Source of the DNA: Flectonema sp. DT1601
Lineage: Eukaryota
DNA length: 64,000 nucleotides
Assembly: GCA_964019425.1 (NCBI GenBank)
Contig: OZ025791.1
Coordinates: 620,001-684,000, forward strand
Reading direction: 5' to 3'
The notes below the pieces were generated by a model that made no database searches, had not been told where the DNA came from, and saw only the letters and a program-made list of their open reading frames with translations. Positions 36,171 to 50,281 of the stretch are shown here, piece by piece; the first letter of the stretch is position 1, and each line of letters opens with the position of its first letter. Position numbers and translations under genes: made by a program.

Positions 36171-39100
36171 TCAAAATGGTTGCTGGGAACCGTCTCTCTT
36201 GATTGCAGATCTGCTTTTTAAAATATTACCCACAGTATTCGGTAGGATTCCATCCGTATCACAATTAAAAGTTGTCGGGTATTTATGACGCTCACCAATA
36301 ACACGAAGGCAGAACTGCGACATTGGTGACCAAAACCGGACGGTAGTATCAGCAGACCCTGATACTAATATGTCATGTTCCACTCCCCGAGAACTTTTTG
36401 ATAATGTTAATGAAGTAACAGCATCAGAGTGTCCTAGGAACGGTGATGGTGGTGAGTCTGGAAATGAAAGATCAAAACGAAGAATTTTATCCGAGTATGA
36501 AACACAAATGAAATTATCATCCCTGGTGACGACAATACTCGAGTTCAATAAACAATTATCTGTTTCGAAATTATAATCTAATCGACTAACTGGGATCATA
36601 TCGTTTGTTATTACGTAAGTATTTATTGTGTTTGAAATGTCATCAGTCGGGTCATCTCCAAATATTGTTATCGCTCCTTCGAATGGTGTTTTTTGATAAA
36701 CTTCATTAGACATTAATTCTTCAGCTTTTTCAAATAATTCTGAAACAGACCACAAAAGTAATCCACGTTTACTATGAAGTCTTGATGGTGAACCACTCGT
36801 ACCTGTATCTGAACTTAGAACAGCAATTAAATCAGTTCCGAGGCTGCATCTGACATCATGATTTCCATTTGAGATTCCAGGATACGGGAGACATATTAGA
36901 GTTGCTATGGATGGATTTGTTTTTATGCAATCAGTTATCTCTGTTATGGTTTTCGTTTTGAAGATCCACAGTTCAATTCCGGCACTGGTTAGACAAATGA
37001 TAGTCTGTCGAATATCAGATTCACGAACACACATATCAAAGTAGGTTGATGTTGATTTATCATTTTGATCGCTCGAATGCAGTTCATGTGTGTAGCACAG
37101 TTCAGAGTTGGGATCGTTTCCGACCTTCCAAAATAACAATCCTCGTTGACTGAGTCCGATTAAGATTGCAGAGTCCTCTGAAAACACAAATTTTGAACAT
37201 TTTGGCTGCATCACTGTCGGTAAACAGATTGCTTCATTATTTATTGACCAAAGAGTTAGTTTATAACCGTTATCAACGTGTGCTATGATATTTGAATTTG
37301 ATGACAGTGCGCAGATTGTTGCTGGAATTAGAAGTCGACTAGCTCCAAAATTATCTTCAAAAATAGCACCAGACTCAGTTGGTGGATATTTCCTTATTGG
37401 CGTGTTGTGAGATTTGTTATATGGAGGGGGTTTGGTTGGTTCGACTTTTTTGACAGGTTTTGTGCGAAGTTCCCTACCAGTTGTTACTTCCCACAACCTG
37501 ATAGTTGAATCGCACCAAGTTAGGACAGCCGTTGATGACGCACAAGAACCGTTTATCTTAGCCGTGTGATATAACTTCTTCTCTGTAGTAGTTTGAGCGA
37601 CTGTATCCCAGATACGAATGGTACCATCTTCTGATGTTGATAGGATTCTTGAATTCGATTCAAGAGGACTCTCTCTTGAACTACTACGAGGTCTGTTTGG
37701 AATATGAATCGTATTGTGACTAATTGGAGCTATACATGTGATTGGTCCATCGTGATTACCAAGTCTAAGACTCTCAACTTGTTTATTATCATAAGTAGTT
37801 GATATAAAGATAGCACTTCCAATAACTGATACGATCTGAAGTGATCTATCAGTTAGTAGAATAGTCAAAGCTGTTACTCCAACAAGTGATTTTGTATAGC
37901 GGGGATGGTGTTCAACTGTTGCTTCAGGTTCGTAGAATCGACGGTCGTTGTTTAAATCAAAATAACCAAAATCTGAAACCTGTCCGTTAGAATATGACAT
38001 ATTTTCCATGACTTGTTTATAATGCATTTTCGACGGTATTATTGTGGAGATTGCCATAGCAGGTGCTCCACTTTCCAGCATGTGAACGAGGATGGTTGCA
38101 CATCGAGTTCCCAGAATTATTTTATTACTCGAACACGCTACGACATTAGGTAATGATCTAGCCTCGTGGACGATCGTAGAAAACGATTCCGACCTCCGTT
38201 TTTCACGCAAATTCCAAACTCTCGTAGTACAGTCTTCACCACAAGTCACTAAGAATTCATTATTAGCAATAGTAGCAGTTAGAATGTGTTTTGTATGTTC
38301 ATTGTCGATAACTTGAATGAGTCTGTAGTGTTGTAAGCACCAAATCCTCGCATAGTTATCACCACCGTAACTCATTAGATATTCTAAATGGTCTTCTTCA
38401 TAAGTAGACATACCAGAAATCCAATGACTTGGTCTGAATTCATCTGTATCTCTTCGTTCTTTTGAGTCCGATAATATAGAAAGTAGTTCTGGATAACCTC
38501 CGTCTTCTGGTATTTTCCAAACTTGAACAGAAGAGTCTGTGCTGGTTATAAACCTATCACTACCAACAGTTCCTATGATACACCCTGACCAGTCAATTGC
38601 CATACTTGGAGGAAGCCTTATACAATCAGGTTGAGGGTAGTTGGGTGTCGGAGAAAAGTCGCCGGTTGAAGTCGGATTTTCAGCTAAAAATGGTCTCCAA
38701 AGACGAACACAACCATCACCACCAATACTAAAGATAGTGTCGTCGATACAACAGGCAGCTGATATTACTGATCCTCCGTGATTTGCGACAATTGATGACA
38801 ACCCAAAAGAACAACTTCCCAAATCCCAATGAGTCTTTGATAGTTGACAGTCATTGAAGATTGCGCCTTCCATTGAAACGAGTTTGAACACACAATTCTC
38901 AAAGTTTGCCTCGTTGAGTAATGCTGATCTGAAGTCTACTCCAGTCACAGTAAGTCCATTAAACTTCCCAGTAATTGGAACCTCACAAGCAGCTACCAAA
39001 CACAGAGCGTTGCTTCTAACCTTTGCTGGAAACATCTTGCTGGTTGCAATTTTAAGAAGTTTTTTACAATTCTCATCACGTTTTGATGTTTGATCTCCTC

Positions 39101-42100
39101 TTTTTGCTTCTTTTCCAAAATAATGAACAACATTAGGATATTGGATATACAAAGACAACCCATCCATTGCTGATGTTAATATCTCAGGGTTACGCCAGAT
39201 ACCAATAGCAGCAAAGTACTCATGAATAGATTTATAACTAAATCTAAATGGAGACGTATTACTGCTGCCTTCAACATGAACTGGTAAGTGTCTAAAACAC
39301 TGTTCTACTAGTTCTTTGATACCAGAAAGCTTTCTCTTAGACAATACTGGAATACTGTCGAGAACAGTAATTGCTTCAGCCGAGGCATCTTCAATTGTGA
39401 TCACCCAGGTCCTTCTTTGTAACATGACACAAGCAATAATCTCTCCTAAGGCGTTGGTTATTTCCTCTACTTCAGCACAACTAAGGTCTTGTTGAACATT
39501 GTAGTAGTTTGCAACTCGATTGCGTATGCATTTTTGAATGTGAGTATGGAATATTAAATTATCCAGAGTGGTTGTGAATTTCTTATTCTCAGAACAATCT
39601 CTAATCTCATGAAATACATTAAACGCGATAGTCATAAGAAACGGATTGATGAATAATAAATTTCTCATTGCGAGGTCTTCGAAAGGATTTCGTAGGTCAG
39701 TTGAGGCTTTACGTGATTGGATCGCAGCTGCTTTTAATCTACTTTTTAGAGACAGGTCATTGGTATCACATTTGAAGTGTTTTTGTTCAGCTATTTTTGC
39801 TTCGTTATTTAAATCCATTTGTAGCCTTCTAAAAAGACTATTAACTAACAGTTGCGTTTCTGCTCTTTCGAAGGACACTATTTCGATCTGTGAAATGACA
39901 GGCGCTAGATTCATAGGTGTTTTATTATTTAGGAGGAGATAATCTTTTCTTAATGTGAAAACAACAAGACAGTTTTCGTGACACCAAGGATGAAGCTGAA
40001 TGAATGATTTATTTTTAAAACTTCCATCCCATTTCAAGTCACACTCATCAAGGGAATCTAAAAACAAAACAACTTTATATTTTTTAACAAGCAAATCTTT
40101 TTGTTGTTCTGATAGGTTGAATGTTTTAAATATAAAATTATCTAATCCGTTCTTTAATTCTAATACTGACCTGGGAGGATCTCCAACAGTAGGAAGAGAT
40201 ATAAAAATTGGGAATAACTCTTTCCCTTGTCTTCCACGATTTTCAACAAAACAATGCGCCAAACAGTTCAATGCAGTAATAGTTTTACCGCTGGAACTAC
40301 CACCCTGAACACACATAGCATTCGGTGGATTTGTTTCATTGAGCCACTCACTAATATGAGTTCGAACTTTAATAGGATAGTCAGATATGGTTATGCCAGG
40401 ACAATCAATGTATGTTTGACGTGCTTTTTTAAAATAACCCGTCAGAGACCTGATCACATCTCGTATTCCATCTACAATTGCGGAATCGATATAGGGAAGC
40501 TCAGCTGTTCTTACATCTGACGGTAATTGTTGTAATGTCGTATTTATAACATCTTCTCTAAGTACTAACATGTTACTTGGAGAGTCCATCATTCGAAGAA
40601 GTGATCGAGATACCTTCCATGAGATGTCGAATTTTGTATTTACAGGAACCACGTATTCAACTTCACCTTCGTATGGTGAACAAAAACTAATACTGCCTGC
40701 TGTGAATACCAAGCCTACTAGTGTCGTTCCTTCTTTTCCGTATCTAAAATCGGAAGCAACTTGTGGTTTTAATGTTGTTGAAGTAAATTCAGTCCAAACC
40801 CATGCATTCGATTGAAAATGATCACCAGTTATATCAGCTGAGTTACCTCTATATACTACTGCTGGTCGTCTTGGTAATGAATGTAACAGTACTTGTATCC
40901 TTTCAATTAATATCCCAAAGTGTTTCACAACTCTACGAGATGCATCATTCCCATCAGGCCATTTCCTCATAGCATTATTCATAACCCAATAAGGCGCTAG
41001 TCCCATCTTGCCTTGGAAGAGTTCGTGGGTTCCTACGCCAAAGGCTGCATGCACCTTAGGGTCAGAAGATTTATTAACTGTTTGTTGTGTTGTTTTATTT
41101 TGTTTATAGTTATAAAGTATCAACTAGTAGATAAAAACATACCACCAGGTTTGTCCTTGTCTTCGATATCTGTGGTGTAGATGTGACCAGCCAACAGTAG
41201 TTGGAACGCGTATTCTCCCGGAAATACCGACAGCGCCGCCACCCACGACATTGTCTCCAAGTCGAAAACGTTTGTGGAAGTCGATTCCATGAGAGGGGAA
41301 CCGGCCTTCACGAGTCTGGAAAGAGTCGTTCTTGCTCTTTTAATTAAGTTATTGACATGATAAGCGGTGTACGCTTCTGGGTATGTACTTGGTAAGTTCT
41401 CAAGCCACGTAATAAGACTTTGTTCCTTTCTTTCTGTCTCAGAGTAGACTTTTTTATTTGAAGAAGTCCCCTCAGTGAGTGAACGCAACTCACTTCCTGA
41501 CATCACTCGGCTGAGTCTTCGTGACTGTTGATCGTCTTGTAGAGATTCCCACAGGGATGGGTCTTCCTTTCGTAGTTTGTAATCTTTTCCTTCATAAGCT
41601 GGTTGTTCTTGTGAATCAATTAAGTCATTCTGTCCAACACTATCAGAAGGTTGTTGTACTTCAGATTTATCTTTAATTGTTAGTGGTAATTCAAAACTGC
41701 TGCTGCTTTTGCAAAACTCTTGAATCTTATCCTGCAACACTTTGACATTCGATTGGTGATAACGTCTCGCAAATAGATGTCGAATTGTATGTTTTCGACG
41801 TTCAACGTATTCGTATGGAATTCTTTGATTTTGACCTTCGTCTTCATCATCACTACTGTCTGCATCAGTAGACACGACACTTTGATATATAGGAGTTAGT
41901 TTAGAAGTACAATGAAGTGCATATGTCATTGGTAGCGCACCAGAACTATTACGAACTTCTACTAAACTCGGATCCCTTTCTATTAACTTTCTAACGAATT
42001 CATGTCTGCAGTAGAATGCAGCAATGTGAAGGGCAGTCATTCCTGATTCTGGCATCTTCATTGAGACGTCAACACTCAGGTCTAATAACAGTTTGAATAT

Positions 42101-45100
42101 TAAAGAACATCCTTTGCGTGCTGATTCGTATAAAAATGTTTTCATAACAGATTCAGAGAAAGGACTAGAATGTGATACGTCGAACTTATATAACATTCCT
42201 GCGATGTGTCGTTGGACGTCAGGTTTATCATCTTCGAAGATGTATTTTTTAAAATCTTCCAAACAATTGTCAGAAAGTTCTTGAAATGGACTGCGAGGTG
42301 GTTCCGCAGGTTCAATTTGCTTCAATTCTTCAATAATTTTATGTTCTACTTGTTCATCTTCCTTCTTTCCCCCTTCGGGGTATAACGCTTCTACGATCTC
42401 ACTGCGCTTAGCTTTCTGGGATCGAATCTTTCCAAATGATGTCGTCTTTTTCTGAAGATTTATTAATTTTTTTAACCCGTCTCCATTACCGTAAGGTTTC
42501 CAATACTTCTTATATTTTGATAATGATCGAGCGAAGAGTGCTTCAGTGTAATCCGCTATGTCTGTCGGACCTTTCTTTATCTTATCTTGAGATGTGTGAT
42601 CCGAATTCTTACTAATCAAAGCAGTTTCCTTTAGAACTCTACTTGTGCTTTTTAACAGTGATGCGGCTACGCTTTCTGGAAGAATGGCAGCAGATTTTTT
42701 ATGTTTTCTCGGAGGTGGAGGAGTTGGGTTTATTAATAATGTATTTGAAGGAATCACTATTGAAGATTCATCATGAGGTGTCACTGAATAATCATCAAGT
42801 ACTTGCTGTGGTACAGGACAATCTGAAACATCATTCGTGTTGAGGGTGTCGCCCAACTCCCACGAAACATAAATTGACGTATGTTGATGACCTTCCGAAG
42901 TAGCGGAGTTAAAAGAAAGAGCGAATTCATCTTCTTCTTCTTCACTAAGACTCTCATCAGAGCTGCACTCTGTTGATAGTATTCCGTGATCAATAACTGA
43001 GTTAACCGGTTCGTGTTTGTGGTAGTTTCCGTCTATTAAATCCCAATTTATTTTAATTGGTTTCCATGTTTTTGATGATTCCATTTCTTGGATTACTTCA
43101 CGAACCTCTTTCATAATAAGTGTCTTTATGTGAATTCCGATGGCTATTCTGGCACATCTAAACAAATCAACACAAGCAGCTATCGGCCTTCCACACCTCA
43201 TTGGATATAAAGAACACGAAAAAGGAATAATACTTCCGCCGGATGCACTGAGATGTACAAATGAAGGTTTCTGAAGTCGCTCAAAAGAGATGTAGTGATT
43301 GTTAGTAGTCATGTCGAAAATATTTTCTGATACGGGTGTTTTAGTGGATGAGTCAATTACCGCAAGTCTTATTGACAAGGTTTGTTGTAGGTATGCGTGT
43401 CTTCCCTTTGAGTCTAAAATCTTCACCTCACCCGATACAAAAAACATATTTGAGAATCGTCGATCCTCTTCAAAAGTAATACAAGTTGGAGTACCTGATC
43501 CAATAGTGAATTGCTTACTTTTAGCAATGTTTGGTCTTCTCGCGATGGTTTCATCTTCACAACTAACTTCACAGTAATAGTCACCCGGAACACTCGGAAG
43601 TGCAACTTGAACGTTAGATACATGACATTCAATTGCCTCACAAGGCTGTACTGTACTTTCCTTTTTAAATACTTTAACACAAAAAGGTCCTTCATGATCA
43701 CAACGAATTCTAACATGTATGATCCCACTGTGGTATTTACCGTCTTCAGTCCCTGGAGGATCAAGATCGATTCCCAGTCTGGGAATTTTTTTTAGTGATT
43801 CGTTAACATCTGATTCTAATATTCGGCATCTTATCAACGAGAATTTTTTGTTTAGTAATCCTAAACAAATCTTATTCGAAGTGTGTTTTGATTTTGGAAG
43901 ACGAAGTTCGAAGAACACTGGATGTAAAGTATCAACCATATGAGATGTTGGTAGGAAGTCACTTACCTTGTATGATCTGACTGTGATATACTCACCTGGT
44001 GACGACGTCGATATCAATCGTGTTGTACTAAAATTCTTAGATCGTAATTGAGATATTTTATGATAACAAGTTTTCAATGCTATCCAGACTTTATACGTCG
44101 ACTCAATCTCCTTAATGTCTATTTTAGACTGAAAAATAACATAGAGACAATCAGTATTAGCAATCAGCGTAACATCAGACAGAGGTTTCAACTTCCTCAT
44201 ACGAACATCAGGAATAGTTAGAGTATTCTTAATTGGAAAAGTGTTTTTATACTGTAGGATGTTTCCATTTAACTTAACTCCGTCTGAGATAAGTACTTTA
44301 ACATGCGAACTATTTCCACTTAAATGTGATATGGTATTGGATGGGACGAGTATATCGTTCCAGGTGTTTGAAATTTTTAAATTAACTTTATCACTTGTGA
44401 CGATCCTCTTTGAAAATATGATTGACGTCGACAACTGTCCGAACACAACATCTTGTCTAAATGAGTAAGTAACGTTCTCACTGTCATCGATTTCCTCAAC
44501 ATAACTCAAATCAGATACACAAATTATCGATGTGACTATTTCAAAGTTACCATCATTCTCATGAAGCGTCAATCCCCGTAAAGGTATGCTATAAGTATTT
44601 TTCTTCGATCCAACAAGAGGACGATGCCCCACTAAAACACCATTGTGATAAGCAGCAAGACATAACTCGGGTGTTTCTAAGTGAGGTAATAAGGTACAAT
44701 TTATCGATAAAAAGGTGTCAGTATACTCCTCAGTAATAACACATTTCAAAGAATAAGTCACATTTTCAACGAATGAAAATGACAGTAATTGCATAGAACT
44801 AATATCCTGAGAGCTTATCGTGAAATCTGTGAGTAGGGTTTTTCCAGCAATCTGAACTTCATAACGACAACAACAAACATGTTTTCTCGAAGCTGTTATG
44901 AATTCACTTATATTTTCAAGTTCTGCTGACGATAACGTTGATGACGTATAACTGTATTCCTGTCCTTCAGTTATGAGTGTGTTAATATCCTCTACTAAGG
45001 GAGTATTTTTTCGTATTGTAACACCAATAGTAGATCTTTCTCCCTTCACAAAAAGTGATACCAGCGGAACTTCAAGCTGTCCAACACCAAATTGTCGACT

Positions 45101-48100
45101 TGCGTAGAGAAAAAGTCTACCAGTGCAGTCTTGTGAAAACACATCAAAATTAGAATCAATTTTCCCAGACACAGCAGTACAGTGTTGTGGTATTATAACT
45201 TTTTGAGGAATGCAAAGATTTGATAAAATACTTTTCGGAGATTGGTAATTCAAGTGAGGAATTTCTTTTCCACGAAACCAAACTGAAACTGTGCAACTTT
45301 CACAGAAATTAGGCAGTATAACAAATTTCATTTCATTATTTATAAGGTGCGAGATCCCGTCAACGAAAGCAAGTTCATTACCCCTGCTGTCCTGAGCTGT
45401 AATAAAGACGGCTTCTCCGTCCAGAATGGTCGGTTCTTTTTTTAACTTCGAATTTAAAAATTTTAATTTGTAACGTGAGAATGAACGCATTGGTGCACCC
45501 AGCAGATACACAGCCAGCTCACATTGTGTTATCGGAGAGGAGTCTTTTTCTAAATAAAATCCAAACTCAGAAACGTCATCTAACCCTTCACTAGTATTCA
45601 TCAATAACGGAATAATAACAGGTTGGTGAGTAGTCAGGGATAGTTTTATTGTTTTTCTGTTGATTTTAATATTTTCATTTTCAAAGGATTCGACCACTGA
45701 AGAGTCCACTGTGATCGGAAATAGTCCATTTTGAATATCTTGATTAGCTCTCTCAACGGCAACGTATCCTAAGAAACCTGTCTTCACGTGAGGCGCAGTA
45801 CATATTTCATGTTTTTGTAATTGTTCTTGTTGAATGAGGTTACAATCACCAACAGAAGCTATCAAGTACAGGCCATGCATGTGACTGACCTGAATACCTT
45901 CTACGGATCTTATTGACATCCACAAAGTGTGTGTTTCTGAGCAAAACTCCTCCAATCGAACGTCAAACGGTGGAGTAGTTTGTCTAAATGAGATTTCCTT
46001 CTTTTTTAAAATACCTTTTTGACGAATGATAGCTTCGTATTTTACTACTGAAATCCCATCTGTTCCCGTTCCAGGTTTACAACCAACAGCTGATTGAGCA
46101 GAAATCAATATTTGATTATTATACTGATCGGCTGCAGGTAATCCAACTGAACGAAAAGCTGCGATGTTCGGAATGAGTATTCCTTCTTTAATGAAATATG
46201 GTTTTTTAATTTTAGTAGTGTTGATATTCCCACCAACACTAAAACAACAGCTATACCAGTTTTCATCTCGTCCACCACTTGAAATTGTTAGTAATAAATA
46301 GTACGTTCCAATGCTATGGATTTCAATCTCTGATTCGATGGTGTTCGTTCTCTCTTTTCGTTTTATTGAGAGGACGTGATGAGAGTCTTCGTCTCTTCCG
46401 ATTTTGAAGCAACTCATTGCAACCTCTTCTTCACACAGCTGTGAATGAATATTATATATAGATACGGATACGTTAAAGGCCACACCAGCTGTAACGGTTC
46501 CGATGTCTGAGAACTTTACTCTGCGTACTCCTCCACCAGTTGCGAGAACTGAGAGTTGTCGAAGGATTGCTATTTTGTGATTTATTTTGATTTTTTTTTA
46601 TTTTTTTTTTAATGTAATGTACACAATAAGATTATATCTACACACCAATAACTACTTCAGATTGGTCTTCACTATTACTTTCTGTTGAGGTTACAACAGT
46701 CGGTTGAAATATCCAATAAAGAGACACAAAGAACCAGGCAGATGGTGAACCCAAACCGCCACCCTTCACAGTGGAGTCGATTGGAGGAGAGAAACGACCA
46801 TTACAAACTTGTTTAAATCTTCGATGTAACTCTTGAATTGAATAATACGAGTTAAAAGATAGTAGTTGAGTAACAATGGCTTCAAACTTTATCATAAGTT
46901 GAGTTTCAGATACGTGTTCTGGATATCCGGCATCTAGTTTTGGAACAAAAGAAGCAATCCAGGGATGTGCTTCCAGCTCTGTCACACACTTTTGTGATAT
47001 CTTTCTCACCAAAACCCACAATTGATGTACCTTGTTAAGACTGTTTGACAAGTACAAAGCTCGGTTACGTATCTTATGTCGGGTTGCGTTTACTTTCTTT
47101 CCAAGCTGAAGTTCTCGAGGAACTCTTGTTGCAGTCTGTTGCATGCTGTGATAACGACTTTCTGCTTCAAGCATGCATTGGAGAGCTCCAAATGATGAAA
47201 TTAACTTCGAATAACCGCCGCTTACTTCATTCAAGTGTGCTGCGAGTAAACACAGATCTGGTTTTTGTAAAGACTGCCAAGTCCAGTCTTGTGGAGTACG
47301 CAGGCACACAGTGGATTCACCAATACATATCTTTGAGTCATCGTGAATGTCAGATGAGTGTTCCCAAACTGTAACATATGCGAGGCAGTTTTGTTGAGTG
47401 AAAACTCCTTCGCATGAGCCCCAAAGCATAAGAGTGCCGCCAAGAGTGCATTTAAAAAAACCTCTCGCTGACTTCATGTCTGATGATGGAACTTGAAGCT
47501 GACTACCTTTTAGTTTATAAAGTTTTGTTCCTCTTGGATAAGCTACTACTATAGAATAAGGTTTTCTTTTGTGAATATTTCTAATTGATCGAAATCGAAT
47601 ACAAGATTCTCTCGGGATACTTGTTTCATGATAGAATGACCAGGCTATCAACACTCTTGTTTTGTTTGAGTTCTTTGAGCTACTCCCTGGCAATGAGACA
47701 TATTTCCATGAGCATCCAGTTGTTTCTTCACTGTCAATAGGAACTACAACTGTACCCATCTTAAATTTTCGTTCCGAAAAAATATCCACAGTAAACGAGT
47801 CTTGTGGAGGTCCTACCTTCTTAAAGGAATGTTGGTGAACAAATCCATCGTGATGACTGGTGTTGTCTGATGTGTTTTCAAGCATTCTGTGTTTCTCATC
47901 ATTCATAATTGATCGAAGAGTCTGATCTTCTACAACATAACCACTCTGAGAAATACTCATGTAGGATATTTTATAAAATGAAAGGCTGTGGCTTAACACT
48001 GTTCTTATACTCTTGATTGTAACGCCAAGCTTTCCCTTGCACGAGTGAACTTCAAAAGGGACTTGTGATGTAGTTGGTGTCGCCCACATAAAGTAAGTTG

Positions 48101-49367
48101 TCAAAGCAGTGATAATTGCAGACGGTATTGCGGCAGAGAGAACTACTCGGCGGATGCGAGAGACGGCGGATGGGAGGAAAACATGTTTTGAAACCAGAAT
48201 CTGAGATTCCGCATCAGCAGAAACACTTCCAATGTCAATCTCAAAAGCGGTAGAAGAAACTGTTGTACTCGAATCAACGATGTCACGTAGTCTGTCAGTA
48301 GCACTGATTGGAGACAAATCAACTGAGCTACCAGTCGCTGCCATACCAAAACTTGTTTCCAATCTCGTGGATGGTAATGGCTCAGATGGTAATGGCTCAG
48401 GGTACAGTGCAGCAACGTCATGTCGGAACATGCATTTCAGTTCCTTAGTTCTGTGTGATTCTTCAATAAAACTAAACCTTGCTACTCTTAGTCTATAACT
48501 TTTCGCCTTCTCTACTCTCTCCGATCTTGACACCCTATCATGAGCTGTGTCGTTGTGTATGTAGTAGTAGGCTCCTCCGAAATTGACCTTTTTCGCTGCC
48601 TTTTCCATGAGTGTTCTTCGAGGATTTTCGATTTCAGATTTATTTTCATCGAAATATCGTTTTGAGAGTTCTTCATTTACGTATCTCCTCTCAAATGCAT
48701 TTTTCACTTTATCGTCAAATTCAGTCATCGCTAAGTCTGATCTCTGCATTGGAACGTCTTGTTGTTGCTGTTGTCGTTGTTGTGGGTGTAGGTGTTCTTT
48801 TAAGTGAGAAAATTTGTTTGCGCGTTGTTCTTGTAAGACTTTATCGTCACGATGAAGGTAGGCTGCTAGAGCGTTATAATTCTGTTCTCGTTTTACTATT
48901 GCGGCATTGAATCTGGCAGGATCCCAATCAACAGAATGCCCATCAGGTTTGTTTTGAAGTAAATCCTTAGCATGATCACTTCTTGATCGAGTGTACTCTA
49001 ATCGCTCATCTTCGTTGTTGTTTTCAAGTGACAATCGTTCGACTACTTCTGGTGGGAGTAGCCCTTCGTGATGTCTATTCTGACGATCACTTTCAGTATC
49101 ATCTTGAAACCGTTGTCTTGCTTGCTGTAAGTGATCTGGTAATCTTTTATTGTATAAAACGTCTTGTTTCTTCTTCTTTCCAGTATGTACATTCATTGTA
49201 GTACTCGTTAACTCTAGTGTACTATCTGGTGTGTAATCATCTTCTGTTTCTTTTATTGTCCTGACTTTGATTTGTCGTTTCTTGAGCTCCATGCAACGAG
49301 ACTTTATCTGAGAATAGTCTGCCATCCTTCCCGAGCATTTTGGAGTGACATATTTGCGGCGTTGCAT
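36171..49367 (-). CDS. Giant NLR/STAND-like protein, ~4351 aa, 3 exons (49367-46646, 46569-41143, 41077-36171): C2-like regions, ankyrin, ADP-ribosyltransferase, NACHT, pentapeptide, WD40
   Basis: Two short phase-1 GT-AG introns (46570-46645, 41078-41142) join the three ORFs in frame. Motifs: GMTALHIAA (ankyrin); VYRG/FTSTT/EGEVE (ART); GGSSSGKT and VLFLDSLDE (NACHT); GHSDAVTSL...SGSADTTVRFW (WD40). Confidence 0.8.
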
Positions 49368-50247
49368 TCCGCAGATTAGTCAGTCAGTATCATTTGTTTT
49401 GTATTATTGGAATCTGATATTCTGAAGTGGTTGTTATAAAATGCTAATGAGGTGTCTTTTTTAAGTGACAGTCCGTAACATCATTGTCATTAGTGTTGTC
49501 TGGTTTAAATTAGAGTCTAAGTAAGGGACGTGTCACTTGCATACGTTTTACACCAAAAAAAAAAGAAAATATTTGACTTTTGGGTTTTCTTTTTTTTTTT
49601 TTTTTTTTTTTTTTTTTGGCTTAATTCTCATTCCGTTCATTCCCATGTTGCTGTTGCTGTTGCTGTGTTTGTGCAACAATTACAAAAGCAACTGTTCTCT
49701 GTTCCCATTTAACAACGTACAGCCAGGTGCCGCGTTGCCTCACACATGTTCCGATAGAGAAATCATTTAAACCCTGTTTTTCCCACATTTACTGTATCGA
49801 CCTTATGAATATTTCCTTTTTTCAGACAACTGATGAATACCTTGTAATGTGCCAGGTGATATTTCACCAATGTCGTAGGAGTAAAAATAAAAAACTTTAA
49901 AAAATGCATAGCTGTAAGAGCAGTAAAGCGAAAACGAGATGCGAAGAAGGACATTGGGCAAACCTGCACACCCGAAATCCCTCCCCAAGGAGGCTGCAGC
50001 ATTCCTACAGCTAAAAGATTACGAAAATCAAAAGGGGGGTGAAAAGGACAAAGCAAAGCCTACCGAGCCCGCAAGAAAAAGGAACTTAAGCGGACAGGTC
50101 AAACAAAACGGCCAATGCTCTTCGAGAGAAGAGACCAAATAAAAAAAAATAAAAAAAATAAAAAAAAAAAAAAAAAAAACCACTCCCACTCCCACTAATG
50201 CACTAGTTTTTTTGACGGATAAAGAGCAGCAGTGAAATATCGACATG

Positions 50248-50281
<34 letters not shown>

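Noticed and set aside
41078..46645. Stop-codon readthrough, frameshifting or an alternative genetic code linking adjacent ORFs
   Set aside because: Canonical GT-AG introns explain each break, and TAA, TAG and TGA all serve as terminal stops.
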